From positions 248,001-312,000 of the forward strand of contig MU056251.1 of the NCBI GenBank assembly GCA_013239625.1: a stretch of 64,000 nt of DNA, written 5' to 3'. How positions within the stretch are numbered: position 1 is the first letter of the stretch; every line of letters starts with the position of its first letter. The DNA comes from Lama guanicoe (lineage: Eukaryota). The notes beneath the pieces were generated by a model, which did not search any database, was not told where the DNA came from, and saw nothing but the letters and a program-made list of their open reading frames with translations. Shown here piece after piece: positions 24,001-35,692 of this stretch. The position numbers and the translations under genes are program-made.

Positions 24001-27000
24001 CTCAGAAGGTCACCTATGCTGCCCAGCCAGCCCTTAAAACCCAGTTTCTCACCACGCCCATCTCCCAGGCCCAGAAGCTGGCAGGGGCTCAGCAGGTGCA
24101 GACGCAGATCCAGGTGAGCCAGAGCGGAGTGGGGGGGTGGGAGGCAGACACGCAGACACGTGGGCGCTGGGCGGGGAGCAGAGCAGGTGGCCGCCGCAGA
24201 CTAGCACTCCTTGAGGGCATCGTGGAAGCCTGACAGCCTCGCCACGCGGGCTGCTGGGGCCTGCAGGGTGGCCTGGGGGCCCGGCTGAGGTCACACTGAG
24301 GCGGCGGCCCTTGTGCTGGCGAGGCTCCTCCCGGGGTCGTGGTCATCCCTCTGCTTTGGCGGGACGCCCGTGCTCTGCTCCTGGCTGGGCCTCCCAGCAC
24401 TGCATGCGGCCCCCAGCCGGTGTGGGGAGGTGGTGCGCACGTGCCCCCTGCAGTGGAGCTGTGCTTCTTGGGACGACCTGGGCAATGCTGGCCCAGCGCC
24501 GCGTCTGTCCCAGGTGCACACCTTCAGGTCTGTGTGCTGCGTGTCCCCTGGTCTGTCGCTTTTCTTCTCGCTCACTGTGCGGTGTCTGGACACGTAGAGG
24601 TCCTTAGCTTGAGGGCATTGGAATTCATCACTTTTTGTTTCTGAAGAGTGCTTTTTTAAGTGTCTGGCTTAAGAAGTTCTTCCCAAGGTCATGGTGACAT
24701 TTCCCTGTGTCATTGTCTAAAACCTTTATAACTTTGTTCGCATTCAGCTCTTTAACCTGCCTGAAGTTGGTTTTTGCAGATAATACAGAAGTAGTTCAGT
24801 TAAGTTTTCCATTTGAATGCCTGGTTTTTCTCACACTGCTTGTTAAGGAGTCGCCCCTCCTCTGACTCTCGGTGTGGCGGGCGTGAGCCACACCTGTCCT
24901 GCATGGGCTTCCCTCCTGCACCGCGGCTCTGGTCACTGCTGTCTTCGTCACACTGGCAACGTGAAGGGACTCGGCAGCTCTCCTCCACCTGTCGGGAGCG
25001 TCCTGCTTTCCGGGCTGTCTGCACTTCAGTGTTGATTCTGAGTCCCCTCTTAAGTCTGCACGCCACAGTCAGAGCCGTTGGGGTTTCTGTTAGAGTCGCA
25101 CTGAGTCTGTAGATCAGTTTAGGGGGCGTCGACGTTTTCAGAGTCGTGACTTCACAGTCACCAACATGATACACCGTTCGGTGTTTCGTTTGTCTTTAAT
25201 GCCCTTTCATGAAGTTTTCTTACCTTTTCCACAAAGACCTGATGGCGTGTGTTGGAGTTGCTCCTGGGCAGTCGGCATTTCTGCTGCTCTCCCTGAGGGG
25301 CCTGTTTCCATCTGTCTGTCTCTCCCGTACTCTGATGTTCGCATCCCGCCGTCAGTTGTCCGCGGGCTCCTCCGCGTCCCTCTGGGTTGATGGCACTGCC
25401 TGTGGGTCCCGGTGGCCAGCGTCTTCCTCCTCCTCCTTCTCTTCTCCGTTCTGTCTCGCTGTGCCAGGAGGCCTGCGGGTGCGTGACGGCGCAGACAGGC
25501 CGCTGCCCCACACGCCTTCCCCGGGCCATTCTGCAGGGTCGGGTTTTTAAATCGCCCTTTGGCACACCAAGAAACTCCCTTTTCTGTCTGGTTTGCTGCA
25601 GGGTGGCATTCCTTTTGCTGTGGGGTCTGTCTTTTCACTAACCCTCTGTCTGCACCCTCCCAGGCAGGGCTCCCCCGTCTCCCAGCTGCAGCCCAGCCCG
25701 GTGCCCACGAGTCCAGGCCCAGGTCACAGCCGGTTGCCCTCCCTGCTCAGTTTAATCTGAGCTGCCTCTGAACGGGTCCCCAAGGCGTGAGCCCAGGCAC
25801 CTGAGCCCCCCTCCAGCACAGGAAGTCCGACCAGGCCAGCCCCGTGGGCCTCCACTCTCTGCCCTGCACTCCAGGCCCAGCTGTCAGGGGCCTGTGGTGA
25901 TGGGCTGGCGTGACCTTGCGGCGGGGCTGGCGTGGCCATGCGGTTGTCTTGTCCCCTCTGGGTCACCTTGGTGCTGCTGCGCCTGCCGACCTGTTCGGGC
26001 AGCTGCCGAGACAGCGCATCAGCCTGTCTCGGCCTGGCTGTGGCTTTGTTTGTTTCCCTTCTTATGTGAGATACTTTATTATGAGCTACGTGTAAATGGA
26101 AACTTTTATTATTTTGAAGAATGTCTGGTCCCCAGCCTGTGTTGCCCACACAGAGACCTTGGCGGCCCATGTGAGACTTCCCTGTGCGTCCCCCGCCTTT
26201 GCGTCTCTGGTCCGCGTCCCTGACTCTCGCTCTTCACAGAGGCGGCTGGAAGGTGGCGGCTGTCACTGGCATCCAGGGCCTTGGTTCTGGTCTCACTTGA
26301 CCCGTTGGCTCACCCTTGTGGGGGCGCCCAGTACAGCGTCCTGTAGCTCCCGTCCTGTTCGGGGTTTCGGCTTCTTCTACTTGCTTTCCGTCCTTTCCTG
26401 CCTTCCCTTAACGCCGCTCAGGTATTTGTCGTTCTGTTCTTCCCTTCTCTGCTGCTTTGAAAATTACATGTTTCTTCCTGTCCTGTAAGCGCAGGTGCAG
26501 AGTTTCTCTGCCAAGCGGAGTGCACGCGGTTCCCGGCCCCTGGTCTGCTGCCCCGCCCCTTCCCCGGCCCCTGGGCCCACATGCTGCTGTGACCATGCCG
26601 TACCCTCCTGTCCCATTTCATCTTCACTTTGTACATAAAACTACTTTTCTTCTGTTTGAGGTACATCCTTCGGAATTTCCTGTAGTGTTGAAAATGCCTG
26701 TGTCTCACCCCTGCTCCTGAAAGGTGCTGATTCTGTTAGACCTTTACCTCCTCCACATGTTAGCAGCCCCGCCGCGTCCCGTCCTGCTTACCTGGTGGGT
26801 GAGACGCCAGCTGTTTGCCGCCTGCTGCTGCCTCGACAGTCGTCTTCCTCCCTCTTGCCTTTTGACGTCTGCCCTTTGTCTCTGGTGCCTTGTCAGCCCC
26901 GGGGTGCTCCAGCTGGGCTTGCTGATCTTCTGGAATCTGGGCATTGGCTTCTTTCATTGTTAGGAAGTGACCAGCTGCTGCGTCTTCGGATGCCGCCTCT

Positions 27001-29930
27001 GCCCCCTTCCCGAGCCTGCCTTCCGCGTGTCCGGGCTTGTCCGTTTCCCTTGCCGTGTCTCTGCTGCACCCTGAGTAATGTCCTCCAGCCCACGCCCCTG
27101 CGTTCTCTTCGGTCACATCTAGTCTGCTGTTAAGCTCGTCCATGGAATTTCGATTGTGGTGATTATAAGTATTTTATTCTGAGGCATTCTGTTTGTCTTT
27201 ATCTCAAATCTGCTTTGCGTCTGCAGTTCCTTGTTCTGCCCGCGTTTTCAGGCCGCACAGAGTGGCACACTGCGTTGTGTGTGCCTGGTAACTCCTGTTG
27301 GAAGTCGTGATGCATCTGATTTTACTTTTTTCTACCGTTCTTGCTTCAGGACCTCTGGGGGTTTTGTCTCTGTCGTAGTTGTTTTCTCGTGAGCTGGTTT
27401 TCCTTGAAGTTCTGCTTGTGGCAAGGCTCTGAGGTCTGGGTTGAAGGTGGGTTCTTGCTTCTGCTGGGCTCCCATGAGCACGCTGGGGACCACGTCAGCT
27501 TTGGTATCTCTCAGTCCAGGTCTCCTCCTGCCCTGCCCGGCCCTGGCCCGAGGCAGGCGACTTTCTCGCAGACCTTTGAGTGATAGGATCACAGCTGCGA
27601 GGGGTGTCGCATGGCCCTCCCCTTAGCTGCTCCTGAGAGCAGGTGCAGACTTGGTCTCTTGTCTGCCGCCCTGGGAGACTGTGAACCCCGGCGCAAGGCT
27701 CCCGCGCAGCACGTGGGGCGCCCTCCGCGTGGCCCAGGTCCCTGCTGTTGCTCAGGGTTTGGAGCCCGGAGCTCTGCACTCATGCAAGTTATCGATGCAC
27801 TTAAGATGTCACCTTAGTCTTATCTGTGGTGTCTCAGCTTTTCAGTGGCTGCCAGTCTCAGGTGTGGCCCTTGAGCCTGCGGTGGTGTCTGCTTCCCATC
27901 AGAGGAACGCGCGGGGCTCAGCCAGGTGTTCTCCTCGCCTCAGTGAATCCGGTTTACAGGATTTTAAGTTACGATAAACTAGTGAATGGCTTCTGATTAA
28001 CCTCAGTTTCCATAATGAGAACTTAGTTGACTCAGAGCTTGTCATTTACATAATGCAATTTCACATGTTCTCCAAGTTATCTTGGGCAAGACTTTATTTC
28101 CATCCCTGTTCTATCGATTAGTAGACCCGGGGTGGGGGGTGGCTTCGCGGCCTCCAGCACCTTCTGCGATCCGGTGCCCCCGCAGCCCCAAGGGGGCACA
28201 GTGGCCCCTTATCACATCAAGGCAGCGATGTATGCTTGTCTGCAAAAAGTGACCACAGGGTGGGCAGTTCTGCTTTCTAAGGGGGAAGATCTCAATCATG
28301 ATGAAGAAAAACGTAGAAAAATGATACAATAACAACTTGAACATTTTGGCACACCTGCGGATGAGGGCCAAGCCTTGGTATTGGTCTGAGCCAGTTCACG
28401 GTGGGGGCGCCTCCTGGAACGCCCGCCACCCGGACTTGAAGATGAGCTGCTGAAATATCTGACTTCCTCTTCAATTGAATTCTCTCATGTCAACTTCGAG
28501 TAGTTTTTGAAAGAAAAATGTGACGATCTGAAACATGAGGCCAAAGATGAGCTTCCAGTTACGTGTGATTACGGATCAGGAAGGCGGTTGCTGTTTGGCG
28601 TGAAGGTGGACTGACCGGCCCTCCCGGGCTCCGGGCAGTGCACCTTGAGAGGAGCTCCTTTGTGTCACCTGACCCTGGTTTATTTGGGGTTTTTTGGTGT
28701 TAAGAACCGAGAAGTATTTTGAATTCCGCATTTGGCTTTTCTTCTGTTTTGTCAAAGGTCGCGAAACTTCCTCAAGTCATGCAGCAGCAAACGCCCGTGG
28801 CCGGCATCCAGCAGGCGGCCTCCGCTCCCCAGCAGGTAGGACCCGGGCTCGCGTGGCTCTTGGGAAGTCCCCACAGTTCTGGGTGTCCAGCCAGAGGGGG
28901 TCAAATCTGAGTTATTAGAAAATCACTTTTGATTTTCACAATACAGAAAAAAAGTAACTTTGGGGAAAACACTTGATATCCTTAGACTAGCAAGAAAAAA
29001 ACCAAGCAGATGTGCACAGATGCAGTGTCACGTGAGCTGCAGGGGCTCCTTCAGTCGCTCATCTCAGGTGCGTCCTCTCGGCTGAGGCCCCTCACCTTCG
29101 TTCTGGGAAGACAGAGAGAGGACACAGTGCTCGCAGCAACTGTGGGTCTAGGAGTGGAAGTGCCCGGGGCAGCGTGGCTTCCAGCTTCTTACCATTTTAC
29201 TTGCTTCTCCGAAATGTGACTGTGTGTAAAAGTAGTGCTTTAACATAATTTACAAAGCGTGTGCTTAGCGTACCTGAGGTCCTGGGCTCAATCCCCAGCA
29301 CTTCTGTTAAAAAAAAAAATTTAATTTGCTCAAAATCACACTGGCATATAGATTTCAAGAAACCATATAGTGTTAAAAACTGACCCCACCCCCAGCCAGT
29401 CCCCAGACGCCAGCCTGGGCCTTCTCCCAGAGGCATCTGCTTTTAGTGTAAAAGCAACAATAGTTTAGTTTTACACTTTTGTTTGGTTGGAAACCAGAGG
29501 TCGTATTTTGAGACATCGGCAGTTTTTACGTTTCACAGAGGCATTTATGCCGGTGAAGTTGCTGAGACTCGTCCCCCAACCCCAGGAATGTTTAATTTGT
29601 CATGTCAGGCACATCACTTGAGCTACGTTTTCTAGGCCACGTGTTTCTGTTTTGGGTCAGGCTTCTCCGCAGACCGTGACCCTCACCCAGGCGTCGGCAG
29701 CTGGACAGCAGGTCCAGATGATCCCCGCGGTGACGGCGACGGCGCAAGTGGTCCAGCAGAAGCTCCTGCAGCAGCAGGTGGTGACCACGGCGGCCCAGCT
29801 GCAGACCCCCGGGGTGCCCACCCCGGCCCAGGTGCCAGCCAGCTCCGAGAGCCCCGGCCAGCAGCCCAAGCTCCAGATGAGAGTCCCTGCCGTCCGGCTG
29901 AAGACGCCCACCAAACCTCCCTGCCCCTAG
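9..29930 (+). CDS. EP400: E1A-binding protein p400 (SWR1-family ATPase of the TIP60/NuA4 complex), 3' part; gene begins upstream of the window
   Basis: 26 phase-consistent exons with GT-AG boundaries (one acceptor hidden in the N gap): 9-211, 294-463, 1811-2007, 3438-3549, 3647-3790, 5995-6135, 6345-6428, 6713-6847, 7043-7087, 7297-7450, 7616-7857, 7965-8138, 8984-9120, 9254-9310, 11145-11223, (start in N gap)-11545, 12370-12415, 12489-12598, 18208-18415, 18546-18715, 20302-20520, 22262-22457, 22870-22994, 23967-24113, 28758-28835, 29661-29930. Peptides match recalled EP400: helicase-C (FDSGKLEALAILLQKL..RRVLILSQM; DAKAQEWCDRIGR..IYRLVSGNSIEEK), SANT/Myb (PEWLISEDWALLQ..PNWDLVSDVVN), Q/P-rich C-terminus ending RVPAVRLKTPTKPPCP*. 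Confidence 0.97.
1457..1589 (+). ncRNA. SNORA49: H/ACA box snoRNA, SNORA49 (ACA49) orthologue, intronic in EP400
   Basis: Hairpin 1 CCCTCAG..CAGGGCACT/AGTGCCCTG..CTGAGGG; H box ACAGGA at 1517-1522; hairpin 2 (CCCCAG../..TGGGG); ACA at 1584-1586, 3 nt from the end. Closely resembles recalled human ACA49 (CCTCAGCCTTACT..CATTGCCTGAGG..ATCCCTCCCCAG..TGGGGCCTACA..ACAGT), whose known host gene is EP400. Confidence 0.88.
3990..4204. mobile_element. Degenerate MER3/MER33-like hAT-Charlie DNA transposon remnant
   Basis: ..ACTGGGTTAAACAGCAC..GGCACTAGAGA..GGGCAGCGCTG resembles the recalled MER3 terminus; boundaries approximate. Confidence 0.35.
4300..5940 (-). mobile_element. Ancient, GC-eroded L1M-like fragments
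   Basis: Patches resembling antisense L1 3' sequence (TTTTCTCATGTACTTGGTG, CTGATGAGCTTGTGTGTTCGTCGGCAG, TTGCATTTCTTGAACT); heavily diverged. Confidence 0.35.
7090..7290. repeat. C/T-rich low-complexity intron (CCCCAT/CCCCTGT-like units)
   Basis: Directly visible in EP400 intron 7088-7296. Confidence 0.7.
10703..10799 (-). mobile_element. tRNA-derived SINE (camelid vic-1-like)
   Basis: Reverse complement of the SINE head: GGTACAGCTCAGTGGCAGAG..AGCATGCACGAAGTTCTGGGTTCAACCCCCA (A and B boxes). Confidence 0.75.
11271..11396. other. Assembly gap (126 N) covering the acceptor and 5' part of a Pro/Gln-rich EP400 exon
   Basis: N run; coding frame (PQPQAAGGGQPAGPP..) resumes at about 11398. Confidence 0.95.
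13440..14600 (+). mobile_element. Old L1M ORF2 3' end / 3'UTR remnant, interrupted by a SINE
   Basis: AATGTAAAACCCAAAACTAGAGAACTTCTAGAAGAAAACATAGGA..TTAGGCAAAGATTTCTTAG is typical of the L1 ORF2 C-terminus; ends GGTGAACTTTTCTGTGTGTAAATTACAC. Confidence 0.7.
13733..13921 (+). mobile_element. tRNA-derived SINE (vic-1-like) with TSD
   Basis: GGAGGGTATAGCTCAGTGGTAGAG..GAGGTCCTGGGTTCCATCCCCAGTACCTCC followed by an A-rich tail; flanked by AAAGAGTCTTCAG (13720-13732) and AAAGATTCTTCAG (13922-13934). Confidence 0.85.
16817..17036 (+). mobile_element. MER8-like Tigger-family non-autonomous DNA transposon
   Basis: Starts CAGTCGTCCCTCAGCATCCGCGGGGGA and ends AAAAATCCACGTGCAGGTGGACCCGTGCAG..CAAGGGTCAGCTG followed by TA; length and termini fit the recalled MER8 consensus. 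Confidence 0.7.
17404..17520 (+). mobile_element. tRNA-derived SINE (vic-1-like), diverged
   Basis: AGCTCAGTG..AAGGTCCTGGGTTCCATCCCCAGTGCCTCC..AACCTAATTACCTC; same tail motif as the 13733 copy. Confidence 0.75.
18605..18625 (+). repeat. (CAG)7 coding polyglutamine tract of EP400
   Basis: LLR-QQQQQQQ-PQ in exon 18546-18715. Confidence 0.9.
22748..22857. repeat. Short imperfect minisatellite CCTGAYGGGGG(TG)n
   Basis: Six CCTGAY copies, the first three followed by G-runs and TG repeats, directly upstream of the acceptor at 22870. Confidence 0.75.
24640..25250 (-). mobile_element. Old L1 ORF2 remnant, antisense
   Basis: Minus-strand translation 'LKTSTPPKLIYRLSATLTETP' resembles L1 ORF2 'KMSILPKLIYRFNAIPIKIP'. 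Confidence 0.65.
26700..27200 (-). mobile_element. Old L1 ORF1 remnant, antisense
   Basis: Minus-strand ORF begins MDELNSRLDVTEE (L1 ORF1 'MDGLNSRLDTAEE') and includes 'MKEANAQIPEDQQ'. Confidence 0.6.
29256..29320 (+). mobile_element. 5'-truncated tRNA-derived SINE
   Basis: AGCGTGTGCTTAGCGTACCTGAGGTCCTGGGCTCAATCCCCAGCACTTC followed by poly(A). Confidence 0.7.
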
Positions 29931-32540
29931 TCGGGAAGGCAGGCGGGGCGGCCCCCGCGTGTCCCGCCGGCCAGCCAGGACGGGGTCGATTTTGCATACT
30001 GAACCGTGGGACCGCGTTACCCGAGAGGTCCGGCAGCTGTAGCACTGGTCCTCCGCCAGCGTCCCCTTTCCGGGGTTATGTGACTGAAAGTGACAGTGAC
30101 AACTTTTCCTAGATTGTTTTACGTTTTAGTTTCTCCTCCAGAGCAACAGTGCTGGGCCTTGAAAGCCATGTAGAATTCCTGTTAGTGCACAGTTCTGCAC
30201 ATCACAAGTAGCCATCTGGAATGTGCAGTGAGTCATAAAACGGACTTTGTGAAGCTAAAATGTGGTCTTTGACAGCATCTGCCTCTGCTTGGTTCTTTAT
30301 ACCAAATCAAAAATGCGTCACGGTCCCTGGAGAGGAGAAACTGATGGAGGCAGATCATCTCAGATCAGAGAAAATCAACGTGGCTTCTTCCCGCGTAAGA
30401 TGTGGCTTGTTTGGACTTTTAAAGGAGGTATTCAGTGCTGATAGGCATTGAAGCACCTTCGTGACATGGCCCCACGAAGGGGAATGACCTGCGTTTGAAT
30501 CTTCATCCCCAAGAGCAGCTGGCCTGGCGTCCCCAGAGTGACCTGTTGCCGGGTGGGCGGGCAGAACCTGGGCCGGCTCCCCATCCCCGCGCACCCACTG
30601 TGTTTCCCGGATCTCGGATGCACTTGTGTGTGGACTTCGTGCCCTGAGGCAGCTCCAGAGCTGCTTCATGAGGCTCCCGTCCGGGGGTGGTTCGGGCCGG
30701 GTGAGCACTGTTCCGTCGAGGGGCGCTGCCATGGGCGGCGAGGTGGACACTCGGCAAGGGCGGTCCTGCCCGTCCCGCCCCTTTGCTTCCGTGACCCGCG
30801 GGAGTGAGACGCCTCCTTGTACAGGTGGCTCGTGTGCGAGCCTGCGCAGTATTAGCCACGACAGTGGGCCTGATAACTCCTCACCCAGACTCAGGCTTCC
30901 TGCCTGCCAGGCCCTCCTGTGGGCGGGCGGGCTGCCGCCGGTTCTGAGTGGAGGAAGTGGAGAGCCGTCTGGGCGCTTGGGGCTGCGGGCACAGGGGAGA
31001 ACCTGGGTTTGCAGCTGTGTTCCTATTGTCACTACGGCCGGGTGACAAGCTGCTGTGTGGACTTCGCTGGCCGGTGATGCTTGCTTACCGGGAAGTTTCC
31101 GCCCACCCCCTGCGCTGTCTCCATGCCCCTGGACGATTTCGGTCCAGGAGGTCAGGCTATGTTAGGTCTGTGTGTAGTAAGGGTCAGTTCCGGCATACTG
31201 AGAGACTTTAAATTCTTAATTTTAGTCAGTCTGTTTCCTCCCCCATCACATCACTTGAACAGACGCTAAGGAAAGGGTTCTGTCCTGTGGTTTTTGTTTC
31301 TCGTCAGTCTGTGTGGTGGTTGATGTCTTAGTGAAGCCAACTGGGCATCTCATTTCTGAGTTCTTGGTGAGAAATTTGGGTAAAAGTAAAAATCAGGTGT
31401 TAGGAGAGGAAAGGACTTAACATTCTGGTTAATTGAACACATCACAACAGAGCGCTGCAGTGGGCTTCCTAACCTGCCCATTGTGGTTGGGCGCGTGCCG
31501 CCATGGGAAGGCCCGGCATGCGGGGTGGCTCTCTGGGCACCAAGGCAAGTTCCTACTCTTTGTTTTAATCCTCAAATGTGCAGAACTACAGAGGAGCCCT
31601 TTCTGCAGCGTATTTTCACCTGGGCACCCGCTGCTTTCCCTCTTGCCCGTCGTGGGTGCTGATGCCTCTCTTCAGACGACGGGGAGACGTGCGTGCACGT
31701 GCAGACTGTCCTAACGTGGGTGCCCGGGAAGAAGTCCTCTGTTAACCTAGAGCCCTAGAAAGGAGTTTAGGAACCTCTCTCAAAAGCTTTCTAAGAGAAC
31801 AGAGCTGGGGGGTTCTGAATATTTGCATTGTGGGGCTCCTGCTGTATCGTATTATGTGAGTGAAAGAGTTATTTTCTCCAGTGATTCCCTAACGCAGAAA
31901 ATGGAACCGAAAATAGTTTACTTGTATCCCCCAGTAACATCTAGACGTCACCACTGCCCTTGTAGCCTTCGATAGTGTCGTTTAAGTAAGGGCCCTCCTC
32001 CCAGTGTGGTGTTCTCTTGGCCTTCTGTTTTAAAAGTTAAACTGTCCATATTTAAGAATTAAGTGTGAGTTTAGGAAGTGGTTGTCGGGGCTTTCTCAGA
32101 TTCTTCTCGTTAGCAGAATCGCATGTTACCTAGCGGGACCCGACCTACTGGGCCCCTCCCCAGTCCTGTGGTGACGGCTGGGGGAATCTGCGGCTCATAA
32201 AACAAGGACTGCAGCCAAGACACCGTCAGCCTGAAACTGGCCACCGTGGAGGCAGTCACCCGGGTTTTCTGTGATTCAGAGATGTTTGTCCCACGGAGGC
32301 CAGTCTTTGAGGACCCGTGGGCGGGAGTTTGGCTCGCGCGCACGTCACGTCCGATGCCTCCCGGGGCCGAGGCTCCCTTCCCGTCTTCCTGGTGTTCTGT
32401 CGGCCGTTGTAACCGGACAGCTGTCACGTTCTAAGGTATAAACGAGGAAGGCTGGACCTGTAAATACTTTGTAAACATGACCATTTGTACTTGAACAGTA
32501 GGGTTTTAAAGGGCACTGATACCCCGCCAAACAAAAGGTG

Positions 32541-32546
32541 AATAAA
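32541..32546 (+). terminator. Probable EP400 polyadenylation signal (3'UTR about 2.6 kb)
   Basis: AATAAA followed by T-rich downstream sequence (CCTTTTTATAAGCTCTTTTTTGTCTTT). Confidence 0.65.
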
Positions 32547-35104
32547 TTGACCTTTTTATAAGCTCTTTTTTGTCTTTCATGGAAAACTAGTGTTCATGTT
32601 GAAAGAAGGTGCTGGTTTGTATTTATTTCATTTGCATGAAGAGAAAACAGGACAAAGCCACAAGGGAAACAAGTGGTGTGGGAGGCAGAGGTGTCTCTGC
32701 TGCTCCGCGCAATGGAAGAACTGGAGGGAACGAGGGTTTCCCGAGAAATCAGCGGCTCTCCCTGCAGAGACCACGCCCTCCAAGAGGCCACGCCCACCGG
32801 CCGGGGAGGAGGAAAGACCCGTGCGTCTAGCCTCGGTGCCACCGCTGCTGCCCGGTCCCTGCGTGACTCTTTTAACTTCTCTTTCAGCAAAGTCCTTTTC
32901 CTTTTGTTGGGAAGAAAAAGCTCCTGATTACAAGCCACCCCCCCATACTCTATAAAAAGTGGACGCGACACAAAGTTAAGAAGAGCACAGGGAATCCGTG
33001 GTTGGTTTTGCTGTCTTCCTCCCCGGCGCAGAAGCGGGGGCGCAGGGGCCCCGGCCTGCACCGCCTGCGCTCGGACCCGGCTGGGGGCGTGGCCCGGGCG
33101 TCTGGACTCAGGTGCCCGCCCAGCCATGGGACGGGGGTCCGGCGCTGCCGTCCCGCTCAAGACTCCTTCCCTCCGAGGTCGCCCCTCCCAAGGCGGTTGA
33201 AGCCGGTTGACGGTCAGGAAGCAGCAGCCTCTGGCGTCCGCGCTCAGTCGTGCTTGCTTTCTTCAGGACTGTTCTCGGCAGGGAGGTTGTGCGTTTTCAG
33301 AGCGCCGATCCATGGCTGTGACCCTGCGGTCACATGGCTGTCAGCTGTACACATGGCGGCAGGCCTAGGGGTGGGCTTATCTGGCCACGAGGCTGTATTT
33401 CTGTGCGTCCTAGTCAGGGCTGAGTCGCTCAGGGGAAGTGACCCTGCGGTGCGGCCACATGGCCCCCACCCCCGGCGTGCAGGGGCATCTAAATTCAGGT
33501 GAACGTGAAACCCGCCCTGCGGGCTCTCCCACAGGCCGTCCGACGTGACCAGCCTCCAGGTCTCACTTAGGTTTCTCTCGGCTCTAACCAGGTTCCGCGG
33601 TAGCCCTGCCAGCACCCTCTGCGCTGTCCAGACAGGCTGTGATCCTGGGGCCCTGGGGGAAGAGGGGATCTCGTCCACCACAGGCTCTGGTTGGCAGCCC
33701 TCCCTTGCTCTGCCCACGGTCTGCACCGTCCACGTTCCAAAGCAAACTAGCCTTCAAAGCTCTGTTTTCCTGGACAAGTCAGCACACCTGCGGCCAGTGG
33801 TGCTGGCGTGTCGCTGTTAAGAACAAAGTCGAGCTGTGTAACCTGGGCCGCAAGTCCTCCAGGTGTAGGAGTCGGAAGGCACAGTCCGTGTCTGTGCGCC
33901 TGGATGTGCATGCAATATCCCGAAGGCTGTTGTGGCCGGAGCTGCAGCAGCCGCAGTGAGTGAGGGCGGGCGGCAGGTCCGCGCCGGGGCAGGGGTCGGG
34001 TGTGATGGCGGCGCGGCCCTCTTTGGGATCCTGGCCCCGACGTTGCCCCTGTGATGCCCCCAGCTCCTCCTCAGCCCTCATGGGAGAGTCGCTCGCCTTG
34101 GTGACACCCACCATGGTGACCCTCGCCCAGCCAGCAACCTCTGCCCTGGTGATCATCTCCACAGCCTGGAGCCCCCCAACCCCCCACCCCAGTACCCTCC
34201 ATCCTCATGACGCTCACCCCCACGACCCGGATCCAGGGATCCTCCTCCCAGTGACCCCCGCCCTGCCAGCCCAGGAGGCCGCTGTCCACAGCGCTGACAC
34301 CGCTGGTGCCGCTGGTCAGGGTGTGGCGTCCAGGGTTGCAGTGTCTCCCCTTGGGCAACCCTGACGGGAGTCTGTCGAGAGGGACACCACCCCACCCCTA
34401 CCCCTGGAGGCCTTGCCCAGGACAGAAAGCAAGAACTGGGGACACCGTTACACTGAAGACCAAGAATCGCACATTTTAAAAGACAATAATTTGGCCCAAA
34501 AGCTGAGTGAAGATTCCTTCCTCACAGAAAACTGGTTTAGCTACTTAGTTTGCAGAAGGCCCGCTGGCACTGGAGTCTTAGCTTACTTGCAGAGATCCAG
34601 GCAGGTTGGCTGACCAGTTTCCGGTCCGTCGGACTGGATGAACCATCCCCTGCTCCGTGGGGCCATGTCGGAGAGTGACACGTGCGAGCAGTCCCGGCGT
34701 CTGCAGAACTGAGGGCGTGGAGGACCTCAATACACGGAACTTACTTTCCAACTGCGGTCTTGGGTCTTCAACTTCCCAGGCTTTGTTCATTGAGTGGCGA
34801 CGGCCAACGCCGACAAAATGACAGAGGTATTGCACACATGTTTCTGTAACCTCTGCCAAACTAACAGGTGGTTAGTTTATTTGTAAAAGTCTCTACTTAA
34901 TGTTCACATCGAGGTAATAGACAGAACTTTCTCCTCTGAAGGTAAGCAGCAGACACAGAAAAAGAGGTTTTCTGAGGACAGTGTAGTACAGAGTACTCCT
35001 GGGCCCGTGGCCGCAAAACTGAAGTGATGATCACGTTAAAACTTAAATGTAAATGATCATCGTTGTAACAGTTTTCATCACAGATGATGAAAAGTGGTAA
35101 AGTG

Positions 35105-35508
35105 TTTTTTTTTTTCAAATTGGAGTAGTCAGTTACAATGTGTCAATTTCTGGCGAACAGCACAATGTCCCAGTCATACATATACATACGTATGTTCACG
35201 TTCATATTTTTTTTTTCATGAGGGTTATTACAAGATACTGAGTATAGTCCCTGTGCTCAACAGAACAAATTTGCTTAATCTATTTTTATATGTCGTGGCT
35301 AACATTTGCAAATCTCAAACTCCCAAGTTTATCCCCTCCCGCCCCCTTTCCCCCAGTAACTGTAAGATTGTCTGTGAGTCTGTTTCTGATTTGTAGATGA
35401 GTTCCTAGTGTCCTCCTTTTTTTCTTTTTAAGATTCCACATGAGTGATATCATATTGCTATTTTTCTTTCTCTTTCTGGCTTACTTCACTTAGAATGACC
35501 ATCTCCAG
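35105..35508 (-). mobile_element. L1 3' end (younger subfamily), 5'-truncated
   Basis: Poly(T), then L1 3'UTR antisense hallmarks AGATTCCACATGAGTGATATCATA..TCTGGCTTACTTCACTTAGAATGAC. Confidence 0.8.
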
Positions 35509-35692
35509 GTAAAAACAGTAGTTTTAATATTTTAAAGTTGATACTGGAATGCGGGGCCCTTGGGAGGTGCTGGGAAGATCGCCCATTTGTTAGGTGATAT
35601 TTACATATTTTGAAAGCATTAAAAGAATGCTTTTCAGGAGTGACCCTGAGGACCATGGGGCACTTGCACATTCTGTCAAGAACGAAACATTT

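Noticed and set aside
32630-32990. U6/7SK-type Pol III gene (octamer plus TATA)
   Set aside because: No convincing PSE, octamer spacing longer than usual, and no recognisable snRNA body; kept only as a generic promoter-like finding.
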